In this document: piece by piece, positions 32,769 to 42,132 of the stretch
Numbering within the stretch: position 1 is the stretch's first letter
Layout: every line of letters starts with the position of its first letter
IMG/VR virus record: IMGVR_UViG_3300024262_000013
Length of the DNA stretch: 64,000 bases
Strand: one strand, 5' to 3'
Source of the DNA: a virus
Lineage: Duplodnaviria > Caudoviricetes
Translations under genes and position numbers: made by a program
The notes under the pieces: model-generated
Told to the model about the DNA's origin: nothing
Seen by the model: only the letters and a program-made list of their open reading frames with translations
The model's database searches: none

Positions 32769-35018
32769 ATGGGATATATAATTAAAGATACCGCGGCATT
32801 AATTAACAGTAAGTTAACTGACGCGGGAAGGAAAAGAATTTCAGAAGGAGCATTCAATGTCTCTTATTTTCAAGTAGGTGATAGTGAAGTATGTTATGAC
32901 TGTATACCAAACGCTAATCTATCTTCAGGTAAAGTGTTAGATGCTGAGTACAATGCTCAGAACTTATCCCCATTACCTGAAAAAAATAAAGCGAATGTTA
33001 AGTATCCATTATTAGTATCGACACAATCAACTAACACATACGGAATCCCAATTCCTGAACCACAAATAGATAATATCTATAATACCGCAGCCACATTAGG
33101 TTTTTTTACTGGTCAAACCTCTTACACTTTTAGTGATGTTAAAGATAATAGTTTTACTGCGTTTACTTCAAGTGCATATACTATTACACCTAACTATGTC
33201 TTACCTATGAGTACTTTAATTTCAGGTAATACCGTTAGTTTAAACGCATCTATTATCGACGCAACGGTTAGTGGTACGGTAAAGGCCAATCATATTATGA
33301 CAGTTTTTTTCTCAGATACTTCTAACACTCAACCTATTATTAATAATTACCCTATTCTAACATATCGAGTTGTTGGCATTACAGGTGTTACCTCAGGAAA
33401 CACAGGACCTATAAGTGTTAAGGTGGATAGAGATTTTCCTGACTTACAATCTTTGGGATACACCGGAAACGCTAGAGTTATCTTTTATCCTTCAGGTATG
33501 ACAGAAATTTATGATACTTATACTCCTGAATTTTATTGGAATCAAGATGCAATTAACTTTGAAAGTAATTGTGACATTTCTAATTATTTTGTTAAGGTAT
33601 GGAACATGAATATCCCATGGACTGAAAACCCAGCGGGTTTATTTACGAATGTAAAACAAGGGTACGACCAATTCGGGTCCACAGGATATACAGGTACAAA
33701 AGAATATTTAGGTTATAATTCAAATACGGGACAAACAGACACGGACTCAACATATTATTACAATTCTTTTTCAGAAAAAATTAACTTATCTCCATCTGAC
33801 CAAAAATCAATTGCTATTGTTCATTATACTAACCAATCTATTGATAATTTTTATGGTGAGAAATTTGCACTAACTACGACAGATACGGTATATCCACTTT
33901 CAGGTCAAACAGGTCCAGGACGTAGATTTAGAGTTAATATACCAACACTTATGTGGCATAAATCATCAGGTGGTACTATGGGACAAACATTTTATGTTGA
34001 CCCTGAAGGATTTGATAGTAAAAATTTATTTACACCTTTTTATATAGAGTCTAATGTTAATGTGGATATGAATAATCCAGGTATTAGATATTATCAATTA
34101 TGGGACGACAACGCGAATAGTAATGGTTTCCCTAATAGGGTTGGTAAAGTTTGGCCTGACTTAAAGATGATAACTTTTGATGATGATGAAATTATTGCGT
34201 CATTAAGTTATAAATCAAATAGAAACTGGACTCTTCCAGCTCCTAAATTAGGGTTAATTGTTCCGAATACGTTTAATGGTACATCGGGTAGTGATATTGG
34301 ATTATTATCGGGTACGACAGAATGCTTATGGTTAACATATAGATTTAATCATTCAGCATTTACAGAATCATTACATTGTAACTACTATACTCAAGTATGT
34401 GGTACCGACCCGGATTGTCCGCCAGACACAGCAGATGTCACTATTAGATTTGGTAACGAATTTCCATTTTTAGTTAGTGATAGTTCACAATCAGGGTTTT
34501 CAGCAAATGATATTGTAATACTAGCACAAAAAGTTGTTTCTGGTGAGAAGCCTGACCCGACAGAGTGGTATGAATTAAATCTAACTAGTCAATTAAGTGC
34601 AACATCCGTTAACGGTAACATAACTGTTTCAGGATTAACTGGAAGCACATTAGTTTTAAACAAAACTATGTATGATACCGCGGTCAGTAATGGTGATTTA
34701 TATAACTTATCAAATTACATTGATTTACCCGATAATAATCAAGCAGAACCTACACTTACTTTTGGTGATGAATATTATTTTTATGGTAACATAGCGTCAG
34801 ATATACAAGCAACCATATATGTGATGAACTACAAATGTAATTTAGGTCCGACACAATTTCTAACATCTCAAAACCCAACATGGTCATCTGCAGATTCAGC
34901 TTACATTACGGAAGTTGGTCTTTACGATTCTAAGAAAGAACTTATGATTATATCTAAGATACAGTCTCCCGAAAAGAGACAAGGTGTACAACAGTACACT
35001 ATAAAATTAGATTTTTAA
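32769..35018 (+). CDS. baseplate/tail-collar structural protein
   Basis: N-terminal KLTDAGRKRISEG...FQVGDSE and C-terminal YITEVGLYD...L motifs resemble the tail-collar fibre N-domain; TATTTATA upstream. Confidence 0.5.
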   Translation: MGYIIKDTAALINSKLTDAGRKRISEGAFNVSYFQVGDSEVCYDCIPNANLSSGKVLDAEYNAQNLSPLPEKNKANVKYPLLVSTQSTNTYGIPIPEPQIDNIYNTAATLGFFTGQTSYTFSDVKDNSFTAFTSSAYTITPNYVLPMSTLISGNTVSLNASIIDATVSGTVKANHIMTVFFSDTSNTQPIINNYPILTYRVVGITGVTSGNTGPISVKVDRDFPDLQSLGYTGNARVIFYPSGMTEIYDTYTPEFYWNQDAINFESNCDISNYFVKVWNMNIPWTENPAGLFTNVKQGYDQFGSTGYTGTKEYLGYNSNTGQTDTDSTYYYNSFSEKINLSPSDQKSIAIVHYTNQSIDNFYGEKFALTTTDTVYPLSGQTGPGRRFRVNIPTLMWHKSSGGTMGQTFYVDPEGFDSKNLFTPFYIESNVNVDMNNPGIRYYQLWDDNANSNGFPNRVGKVWPDLKMITFDDDEIIASLSYKSNRNWTLPAPKLGLIVPNTFNGTSGSDIGLLSGTTECLWLTYRFNHSAFTESLHCNYYTQVCGTDPDCPPDTADVTIRFGNEFPFLVSDSSQSGFSANDIVILAQKVVSGEKPDPTEWYELNLTSQLSATSVNGNITVSGLTGSTLVLNKTMYDTAVSNGDLYNLSNYIDLPDNNQAEPTLTFGDEYYFYGNIASDIQATIYVMNYKCNLGPTQFLTSQNPTWSSADSAYITEVGLYDSKKELMIISKIQSPEKRQGVQQYTIKLDF

Positions 35019-35027
35019 TATAATTAC

Positions 35028-35630
35028 ATGTCAAAACAAGAATTAAATAATACCCCTAAAGTTTTAGGGTTAGATATATCTACGAAAACTATTGGGTGGG
35101 CACTATTCGATGATAACAGTCAGAAACTTTTAGAATTAACACATTTCTCACCAGTTATTAAACCTAAACCAGAAGAAAAGATAGAAGAATTACTTCTTAA
35201 AGTAGACGGGTTTAAAGAAAAAATAGAGGGATATAAAAATTTAAATATTGTAAGAGTAATTATCGAAGAACCACTACTTAATTCTAATAACATATGGACT
35301 GTAGGTATATTATTACGTTACAACTCTATGATTTCAAGAGTTATTTATGAAGTGTTAGGTTTAGTTCCTTGTTATATTTCCACATACAATTCTCGTAAAT
35401 TTGCATGGCCAGAATTGGTAAATGATAATGGTAAGGGAAAAAGAGTACTTTTTGGTGGGTTACCTAAAACTATTGACAAAAAGGAAATTGTTTGGAAAAA
35501 AGTGGCTGACTCTGAACCACAAATAGTTTGGTTATATACTAGAAACAATACATTAAAGAAGGAGTGTTTTGACCAAGCAGACGCATATACCTGTGTTCAA
35601 GGATATATGAAACAACAAGGTATTTGGTAA
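35028..35630 (+). CDS. RuvC-like Holliday junction resolvase
   Basis: VLGLDISTKTIGWA, VIIEE, FDQADA acidic motifs. Confidence 0.75.
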   Translation: MSKQELNNTPKVLGLDISTKTIGWALFDDNSQKLLELTHFSPVIKPKPEEKIEELLLKVDGFKEKIEGYKNLNIVRVIIEEPLLNSNNIWTVGILLRYNSMISRVIYEVLGLVPCYISTYNSRKFAWPELVNDNGKGKRVLFGGLPKTIDKKEIVWKKVADSEPQIVWLYTRNNTLKKECFDQADAYTCVQGYMKQQGIW

Positions 35631-35662
35631 TTGACTATATAATTATTTTATTCTATATTTAG
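35631..35662 (+). promoter_or_regulatory. possible Bacteroidota-type promoter variant
   Basis: TTG-20 nt-TATATTTAG upstream of the primase. Confidence 0.35.
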
Positions 35663-35668
35663 TCCTAT

Positions 35669-36598
35669 ATGGACAATCAAGACGAATTATTGGTAGTTGA
35701 CCTATTGGTCAATATTTTTGGTAACTCACATTTACATAATGAAATGAGAGCACAAATTTCTTTTGACTGCCCTGTTTGTTCTCACGATATTAAAGGTTCC
35801 GATAAGGGTGACGGTAAAGGTAATTTAGAGATAAATTATTCTCAGCACGTTTATAAATGTTGGGCTTGTTCGGAAACACATGGAACTCATGGTCATTTAG
35901 GTAGACTAATTGATAAGTACGGGTCCAAAAAAGACAAACAATTTTACACTTTAGTTAGGCCGGATGAATTCGTTAAAGACCAAAGAAAATACAAAGCACT
36001 TAGACTACCAAAAGAATACCAAAGATTTTCAGAGGTCAGCCCAATATATCCACCAAGAGCACAAGCGTATAACTATTTAAAGAGAAGAGGTATTACTGAC
36101 GATATTATTAAAAAATATGACATTGGTTTTACTAATAGTGGAGACTATGCTGGCAGAATTATAATACCATCTTTTGATGACGGTGGGTTATTAAATTATT
36201 TTGTTGCTCGTAGTTGGAATAAATACTCTAAATTAAAATATAAAAATCCTGAAGCCCCGAAAGAACTATTAATATTTAATGAGAGTAGGATTGATTGGAA
36301 TGAAGATATATGGATAGTTGAGGGTGTGTTTGATAGTTTTTTCGTTCCAAACTCAATACCTTTGCTTGGTAAATTCTTGTCTGAAAAATTATGGGAGACT
36401 TTATATGATAAATCAAAGGGTAGAATAAAAATTTGTTTAGACGCTGACGCTTGGGAAGACGCTAAAGGTCTTTATTATAAATTAAGTGGTGGTAAACTAT
36501 ATGGTAAGATAGATATAATCAGATTACCCGATAATAAAGATTTAGGAGATTTAAGGGGTGTAATACCTGAAGGAAGTTATATAAAATTAGAAAAATGA
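35669..36598 (+). CDS. DNA primase (Zn finger + TOPRIM)
   Basis: CPVC...CWAC Zn finger; YLKRRGI; RIIIP; IVEGVFD; CLDADA. Confidence 0.88.
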   Translation: MDNQDELLVVDLLVNIFGNSHLHNEMRAQISFDCPVCSHDIKGSDKGDGKGNLEINYSQHVYKCWACSETHGTHGHLGRLIDKYGSKKDKQFYTLVRPDEFVKDQRKYKALRLPKEYQRFSEVSPIYPPRAQAYNYLKRRGITDDIIKKYDIGFTNSGDYAGRIIIPSFDDGGLLNYFVARSWNKYSKLKYKNPEAPKELLIFNESRIDWNEDIWIVEGVFDSFFVPNSIPLLGKFLSEKLWETLYDKSKGRIKICLDADAWEDAKGLYYKLSGGKLYGKIDIIRLPDNKDLGDLRGVIPEGSYIKLEK

Positions 36599-37455
36599 TA
36601 GAAAATTTAAAAAAAGTCTCACAAGAAATTAGAGACATTATAGATAACAAACAAAAGGAATTCCAATTGTCTTTTACAGAGGAGGAACATATCTACTTTA
36701 TGAAAGATAAAGACGGTATTGTAAGAAACAATTTCCCATCTGTTTCTAAATTACTTAAAAATTTTTATGAACCATTTCCAGCCGAAGATATTGCCTATAA
36801 AAAGTCTAAAGGTGATAGAGTCGAAATGGAACGTTTATTAGATGAATGGTCAGCGGCAGGTTCTTATGCTACTAATATGGGTTCTCGGGCTCACTTTATA
36901 TTAGAGAAAAAAACTATTGATATGTATGGTGGGTATAAAGAAGTTCGTAAACCATTATTTGAGTGTGATATTGAACAAGAATTAAGAAGTAATTCTATGA
37001 TTAATGCTGGTGAAAAATTCCTTAAACTAATGGAAGAAAGAGGAGCGTATCTTTTAGATACGGAGATGGTATTAGGTCATCCAGAGTTAGGTTATACAGG
37101 TCAACCCGATAAAGTTTGGTTAATTATGAATAAAGATAAAACAGGTTTTGGTTTAGTTATAACAGATTGGAAAACTAATAAAGAAAAAAACTTTAAAAAA
37201 TCTTATTGGACTAAACAAATGAAATCCCCATTTCAAGACTTACCTGACAATGCGTTAGGACACTATCAGTTACAATTACCATTTTATGGTAGGCTTATAT
37301 TGAAAATGTTAGAAGGTACAAAATATGAAAACATTTCACTTTTGGGTTGTGTTATTGTATTATTAAAGGGAGACAGTGAGTTTCAGGAGTTTAAAATACC
37401 CTCAAACATAATTAATAAAGTAATGAATATAAAATTATCCGATTATGGAATATAA
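36595..37455 (+). CDS. PD-(D/E)XK exonuclease
   Basis: GYTGQPD...ITDWKT...HYQLQL..Y motifs. Confidence 0.8.
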   Translation: MIENLKKVSQEIRDIIDNKQKEFQLSFTEEEHIYFMKDKDGIVRNNFPSVSKLLKNFYEPFPAEDIAYKKSKGDRVEMERLLDEWSAAGSYATNMGSRAHFILEKKTIDMYGGYKEVRKPLFECDIEQELRSNSMINAGEKFLKLMEERGAYLLDTEMVLGHPELGYTGQPDKVWLIMNKDKTGFGLVITDWKTNKEKNFKKSYWTKQMKSPFQDLPDNALGHYQLQLPFYGRLILKMLEGTKYENISLLGCVIVLLKGDSEFQEFKIPSNIINKVMNIKLSDYGI

Positions 37456-38056
37456 AAAGATATTTCCCGATATGTTTGACGATACAGATATCGATGTATG
37501 GAAAAATAGAAATATTAGAAAAGAGTTTTTATCTTACGAGTGGGATATGATGGTTCAAGAGGTAGCTCCTGACGTATTTGAATTCCCATTTTTAAATACT
37601 AACTTTTGTGATAATTTAGTTTCAATATTAAAAACAGTTAATTGGGACCAAGTTAATAGATGGGGTACGCCAGTTTATTCAACTAATCTTAAGACATTTA
37701 ATTTAGAAAAAGTTATGACTCATTTAGTTCATGATTATATCTTTAGTATTGTACAAAAAGAGTGGCACTTAGAAGGTAAAAAATGGAAATTATTACAGCC
37801 CGATAATAATATACTAAAGTTAGAGAAAGGTCAAGATATTAGAATGCATCATGACTATGTACATATTTCACTTTATTGTAAGTTAGATAATGATAGTGAT
37901 GGTGGGGAATTAGTATTTAGTAAATATGGTAAAACTATAACACCTAAACAAGGTTACGTTTATATGTATCCTGGACAGATAACTCATAGATATGGAATGA
38001 AAAGAGTTTCTAATGGGGATAGGTATTTTTTAATGACATATTGTACAAGTGATTAG
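37445..38056 (+). CDS. 2OG-Fe(II) oxygenase, PLOD/lysyl hydroxylase-like, degenerate
   Basis: PDVFEFPFLNTNFCD, MHHD, DGGELVF, YPGQITHRYG...GDRY; the distal His position is Tyr. Confidence 0.7.
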   Translation: MEYKKIFPDMFDDTDIDVWKNRNIRKEFLSYEWDMMVQEVAPDVFEFPFLNTNFCDNLVSILKTVNWDQVNRWGTPVYSTNLKTFNLEKVMTHLVHDYIFSIVQKEWHLEGKKWKLLQPDNNILKLEKGQDIRMHHDYVHISLYCKLDNDSDGGELVFSKYGKTITPKQGYVYMYPGQITHRYGMKRVSNGDRYFLMTYCTSD

Positions 38057-38210
38057 AGTGTCGAATAGTTTTTTAATAATCCTTGGGGTTATATTTTTTC
38101 TAATTGGTAGGGAAACAGGTGGGTTATTTCCATCATTTATGTTTGGACTATGTTTTGGAATTATATATCTAAACTATAAAAGAGATAAAAAAGAAAATAA
38201 TGAAAAATAA
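38049..38210 (+). CDS. small 2-TM membrane protein (53 aa, not in ORF track)
   Basis: GTG start; MIRVSNSFLIILGVIFFLIGRETGGLFPSFMFGLCFGIIYLNYKRDKKENNEK*; fills the gap and overlaps both neighbours. Confidence 0.55.
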   Translation: MIRVSNSFLIILGVIFFLIGRETGGLFPSFMFGLCFGIIYLNYKRDKKENNEK

Positions 38211-38835
38211 ACATAATAATTATATTCACCCAGAATTATATACGTATTTTGATAATCCTGAGGAATGGGAACGAAGGTTTTTAAAACCTGAATTAATATC
38301 TAATAATTGGGAATTATATGCTCACGAGGAATTAGTAAACGTTTACACTATACCGGCATTTACAGATGAGTTCTGTGATTTTATTATTGAAGAGTCAGAA
38401 GCGTGTAACTGTTGGACTGTAGATAGACACGAAAGCTATCCAACGACCGATATGGTTTTAGGCACTATCGGTTTAGGTGAAACATATGAACAAATTCTTA
38501 AAAAATATGTGTGGCCATTAAGTTATAAAATGTTTCAATTAGAAGAAAGTTCATGGTTAGATATGAATAGTGAGAATTTTATTGCTCGATATCATCCCTA
38601 CGCTCAGTATCACTTATCGTTACATCATGACGCGAGTCAAATAACTACTGTTGTAACATTAAATGAGGATTTTGAAGGGGGTGGTACATTTTTCCCTAAT
38701 CAAAACTCTAAATTAAAAGGAAAGAAAGGTGATATATCTATACATCCTGGTCAAATTACACACTGGCATGGTGGGTTACCTGTTGAATCGGGACAACGAT
38801 ATATTATTGTTTCATTTTGTACATTAAAAAAATAA
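38200..38835 (+). CDS. 2OG-Fe(II) oxygenase, PLOD/lysyl hydroxylase-like
   Basis: FTDEFCD, YPTTD, LHHDAS, FEGGGTFF, HPGQITHWHGGLPVESGQRYIIVSF; intact HxD...H...R. Confidence 0.85.
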   Translation: MKNKHNNYIHPELYTYFDNPEEWERRFLKPELISNNWELYAHEELVNVYTIPAFTDEFCDFIIEESEACNCWTVDRHESYPTTDMVLGTIGLGETYEQILKKYVWPLSYKMFQLEESSWLDMNSENFIARYHPYAQYHLSLHHDASQITTVVTLNEDFEGGGTFFPNQNSKLKGKKGDISIHPGQITHWHGGLPVESGQRYIIVSFCTLKK

Positions 38836-38838
38836 ATT

Positions 38839-39066
38839 ATGGATATAGGAAATAATAATCAAATGAGGGTAAATCCTATAGATTTACCAAATGTTAAATG
38901 TGAAAAATGTGAAAATATTTTCTACAATAAGGTGACAATAATAAAAAAAGTTAGTAAGTTACTAACAGGTGCGGTAACTGATGAGTTAATACCGATGGAA
39001 ACATATAGATGTACCGAATGTTCGCACATAAATAAAGATTTTAATATTTTAGGAAATGAAGAGTAG
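38839..39066 (+). CDS. small Zn-ribbon protein
   Basis: CEKC...CTEC. Confidence 0.65.
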   Translation: MDIGNNNQMRVNPIDLPNVKCEKCENIFYNKVTIIKKVSKLLTGAVTDELIPMETYRCTECSHINKDFNILGNEE

Positions 39067-39292
39067 AGATTTTGTAATATGGGTTGATGGGTTTATTGAA
39101 GGTAAAATTAATTTAGGTGTTGATGAAATTAGACACATTAAAAATAAGATAACTGAAGTTGATTTAAACGAAGAAAAACCAATAATTATTAGACGGGATA
39201 GTTCACCAACTATGCCGATAACAATAAAGGAACCAAATACGGATGATTTTGGTCAAGATTTCCCTGGTAGACCACCTAACGTATATATGTAA
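39056..39292 (+). CDS. hypothetical protein
   Basis: 78 aa, overlapping operon context. Confidence 0.6.
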   Translation: MKSRDFVIWVDGFIEGKINLGVDEIRHIKNKITEVDLNEEKPIIIRRDSSPTMPITIKEPNTDDFGQDFPGRPPNVYM

Positions 39293-39417
39293 TGGATAAT
39301 AAAGAAGAGTTTCACTTTTGGGAAGAGATGTGGAATGAAAGTGAAAAAATTAATAAAAATGAGAAAAATACTACAAAAAATAGCTTGGAAGACAAATCGA
39401 TGGACGACAAAGATTAG
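39292..39417 (+). CDS. possible small protein (41 aa)
   Basis: TAATG-coupled; MDNKEEFHFWEEMWNESEKINKNEKNTTKNSLEDKSMDDKD*; overlaps the next gene by 59 nt. Confidence 0.35.
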   Translation: MDNKEEFHFWEEMWNESEKINKNEKNTTKNSLEDKSMDDKD

Positions 39418-39697
39418 TTTATTTAATCTCTATTTAGGTGGGGACATTCATAAGTTTGGGTTTCAAATTCTTAATATCGATAAAGGATTCAGATGGAATG
39501 GTTCATTATTTGAGATTACATGGAATTTTCCTACAGTAACACATGCTGGTGAGTTAACGATTGATATTTTATTTTTATTTGAAAAATGGGATAATTGGTG
39601 TATTGATATGGACGATAGAGTTCTGTGGGGTAGCGGACTTAGTTTATGGGAAAAAATAAACAGGTTTATTCATTCTAAATTCAAAAGTATAAGATGA
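39359..39697 (+). CDS. hypothetical protein
   Basis: ORF track starts at 39335; the in-frame ATG at 39359 has the more A-rich leader. Confidence 0.6.
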   Translation: MRKILQKIAWKTNRWTTKISLFNLYLGGDIHKFGFQILNIDKGFRWNGSLFEITWNFPTVTHAGELTIDILFLFEKWDNWCIDMDDRVLWGSGLSLWEKINRFIHSKFKSIR

Positions 39698-40569
39698 AAT
39701 TATCAGATAACGTAGGTGTAACACCATTACTCAAAATATCGGACAAAATATACGCTAAGGTCGAATTACTAAATCCGACTGGTTCTATTAAAGATAGGCC
39801 AGCATCTTACATTATTAATACCGCTGAGAAACAAGGTATTTTAAAGTCAGGGGATACCATATGTGAGGCCACTTCTGGAAATATGGGAGTTAGTTTTGCG
39901 TGGTTAGCTGCGGAAAGAGGTTATAAGTGTGTTATAATCATGCCGAATAATATGTCGATGGAACGTAAGAAAACTCTTGAACTTTATGGTGCGGAACTTA
40001 TTGAAGTTGATGCTGGCGCGTTCGATGACGCAATATCACTTAGAGATAAAATGTGTGAAGATAATGGTTGGTTCAATTGTAATCAATTTAATAACCCTTT
40101 AAATATTGAATCACATAGGGAAGGTACTGCGGTGGAAATATTACACCAATGTAAGAATATTTGTATTGAGCCGAGTGCATTAATAAGTGGTACTGGTACT
40201 GGAGGTACTATAATGGGTGTTGGTCCACTGTTAAAGACGTATTATCCTAATATGGATATAGTTGCTGTAGAACCTGAAGAGTCACCTGTTATGAGTGGAG
40301 GTGAACCAGGATTACATGGTATACAAGGAATAGGTGATGGTTCAAAATTTTTAGTTGATTTGACTGTTGTCGATAAAATAATTACTATTAGTACTGAGGA
40401 CGCAAAATTAAGAGCTCGTAAATTAGCTAAAGAACATGGTATGTTTGTTGGTATTTCAGCGGGGTCTAATATATTAGCTGCTGAAAGATATGTTGAAAAA
40501 TATAATCCTAATGGTCCTGTAATAACCTTCCTTTGTGATAGGGGAGATAGATATTTTAGTTGTTTATGA
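39694..40569 (+). CDS. cysK: cysteine synthase family PLP enzyme
   Basis: VGVTPL, NPTGSIKDR (PLP Lys), EATSGNMG, GTGTGGT, IQGIG, VGISAG. Confidence 0.88.
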   Translation: MKLSDNVGVTPLLKISDKIYAKVELLNPTGSIKDRPASYIINTAEKQGILKSGDTICEATSGNMGVSFAWLAAERGYKCVIIMPNNMSMERKKTLELYGAELIEVDAGAFDDAISLRDKMCEDNGWFNCNQFNNPLNIESHREGTAVEILHQCKNICIEPSALISGTGTGGTIMGVGPLLKTYYPNMDIVAVEPEESPVMSGGEPGLHGIQGIGDGSKFLVDLTVVDKIITISTEDAKLRARKLAKEHGMFVGISAGSNILAAERYVEKYNPNGPVITFLCDRGDRYFSCL

Positions 40570-41348
40570 TAAAAAAGATAGTACATTTTTCAGACCTACA
40601 TTTAAGGTTATTTAAGGACCACGATTTATATAGACGTATTATAATTGATATGTTAAATAAATTTAAAGATATTAAACCTGACCGTATTGTTTTTACGGGG
40701 GATTTAGTTCATAGTAAAAATCAAATGACTCCTGAACTTATTGAGATTGTTGCTTGGATACTCACGGAGTGTAGTAAGATAGCTAAGATAGTAATCATAC
40801 CTGGTAATCATGACTTTTTAAATAATAATCTTAATAGGTTAGATGCGTTAACACCAATTATCGATTCACTTAAGAACCCTGAAATTATTTACTATCGAGA
40901 TAGAGGTATTTATGAGGATAATAATATAAGTTGGTGCGTATATTCACAGTTCCAAGGTAATATACCACCTGAAATATCTACAGCCAAGGGTTATAAAGTA
41001 GGGTTATTTCATGACCCAATACAGGGATTAGTTACGGATACTGGATATGGTTTTGGTGACCACGCCTATGATATTGAAAAATTTAAAGGTTTAGATATAT
41101 TATTATGTGGTGATATACATAAAAGACAAGTTATTGATATACCTAATAAGAAAAGGGCATATATGGTTGGTTCAACAATTCAACAAAATTTTGGAGAAAG
41201 TATAAGTAAACATGGTTTTGGTACCTATGACTTAGAAAGTGATAAATACGAATTTATTGACTTAGTAAATCCTAGACCTTTTTTATCTTTTAAAATAACC
41301 GACATTCAAGACTTAGAACATGGCAAAGAAGAACTCACCAATTATTAA
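40566..41348 (+). CDS. SbcD/Mre11 (gp47-like) metallophosphoesterase
   Basis: SDLH, TGDLVH, PGNHD, FHD, GDIHKRQ, VGS; ATGA-coupled to the upstream gene. Confidence 0.85.
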   Translation: MIKKIVHFSDLHLRLFKDHDLYRRIIIDMLNKFKDIKPDRIVFTGDLVHSKNQMTPELIEIVAWILTECSKIAKIVIIPGNHDFLNNNLNRLDALTPIIDSLKNPEIIYYRDRGIYEDNNISWCVYSQFQGNIPPEISTAKGYKVGLFHDPIQGLVTDTGYGFGDHAYDIEKFKGLDILLCGDIHKRQVIDIPNKKRAYMVGSTIQQNFGESISKHGFGTYDLESDKYEFIDLVNPRPFLSFKITDIQDLEHGKEELTNY

Positions 41349-42132
41349 TTTAACCATTAAAGAACTTAAAGACATAAAGTCTTTTTGTGATTTAAACGAA
41401 CTTGATTTTGACGAGTTTATAAGTTCGTGTTTTAATAAAGGTTATCAAATTGAAAAATATGGTTTACTAACTACTGAAGATGGTCGACAAGTAATTGTTG
41501 AAGAAAAAGTAGTGGTGAAAGAAGTTCGTGTTGAGATTCCTGTTGAGGTTGAAATAATAATTGAAAAAGAAATAATCATAGAAGTTCCCGTTGAAGTAGA
41601 AAAAATTGTAGAAGTTGAGAAGATAGTAGAAGTTGAGAAGATAGTAGAAGTTGAGAAGATAGTAGAAGTAGAGAGAATAGTTGAAAAAATGGTTGAGGTT
41701 GAAAAGCCTATTAAAGTTTTTATAGAAAAATTAATTGACGTTACAGATGATGAACAGATAAATGAACTTACTAAAAAAATTGAAGAATTAGAAGAGTCTT
41801 TAGATATGGTACTAACGGACACCGAAATTGAGATAAGTGAACTGTCTAAAAAAATACAACAGTTGGAGAGTATACCCCCTGAGGTAATAGAAAAACCTGT
41901 TGAAGTTATAAGGGAAGTGATTGTCGAAGTTACTAAAGAGATAAAGGTCGACAATAAAGATAAGATGAAGTTACTTCAAGAGACAATATCAAGTATGAAA
42001 GATGAAATAAGAAAAAAAGATGAAAAGATTTTACAAATAGAAAAAAATGTTGTAGAATTAGAGAATATAAGAGGACCCATTAAAGGTAAATTTATGGGTT
42101 CTACAAATTTAAACGATAAATTATATAAATAA
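41320..42132 (+). CDS. V/E/K-rich repeat protein (alveolin-like VEKIVE repeats) with coiled coil
   Basis: EVPVEVEKIVEVEKIVEVEKIVEVEKIVEVER. Confidence 0.65.
   Translation: MAKKNSPIINLTIKELKDIKSFCDLNELDFDEFISSCFNKGYQIEKYGLLTTEDGRQVIVEEKVVVKEVRVEIPVEVEIIIEKEIIIEVPVEVEKIVEVEKIVEVEKIVEVEKIVEVERIVEKMVEVEKPIKVFIEKLIDVTDDEQINELTKKIEELEESLDMVLTDTEIEISELSKKIQQLESIPPEVIEKPVEVIREVIVEVTKEIKVDNKDKMKLLQETISSMKDEIRKKDEKILQIEKNVVELENIRGPIKGKFMGSTNLNDKLYK
41608..41661 (+). repeat. 3 x 18-nt exact tandem repeat (VEVEKI)
   Basis: GTAGAAGTTGAGAAGATA x3, with degenerate flanking copies. Confidence 0.9.

Noticed and set aside
36595-37455. Cas4-like nuclease or CRISPR link
   Set aside because: No Fe-S Cys cluster, no other cas genes and no repeat-spacer array; all tandem repeats seen are coding.
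17222-38835. Eukaryotic or giant-virus (NCLDV) origin suggested by GT60, PLOD-like and DnaJ genes
   Set aside because: Sigma70, bacterial-type promoters, coupled operons and baseplate/fibre genes indicate a bacteriophage.
41445-41954. Long antisense ORFs (also 45165-45722, 55036-55506, 40242-40586, 13808-15355)
   Set aside because: Fully nested opposite well-supported genes, with shadow-like composition and no motifs.
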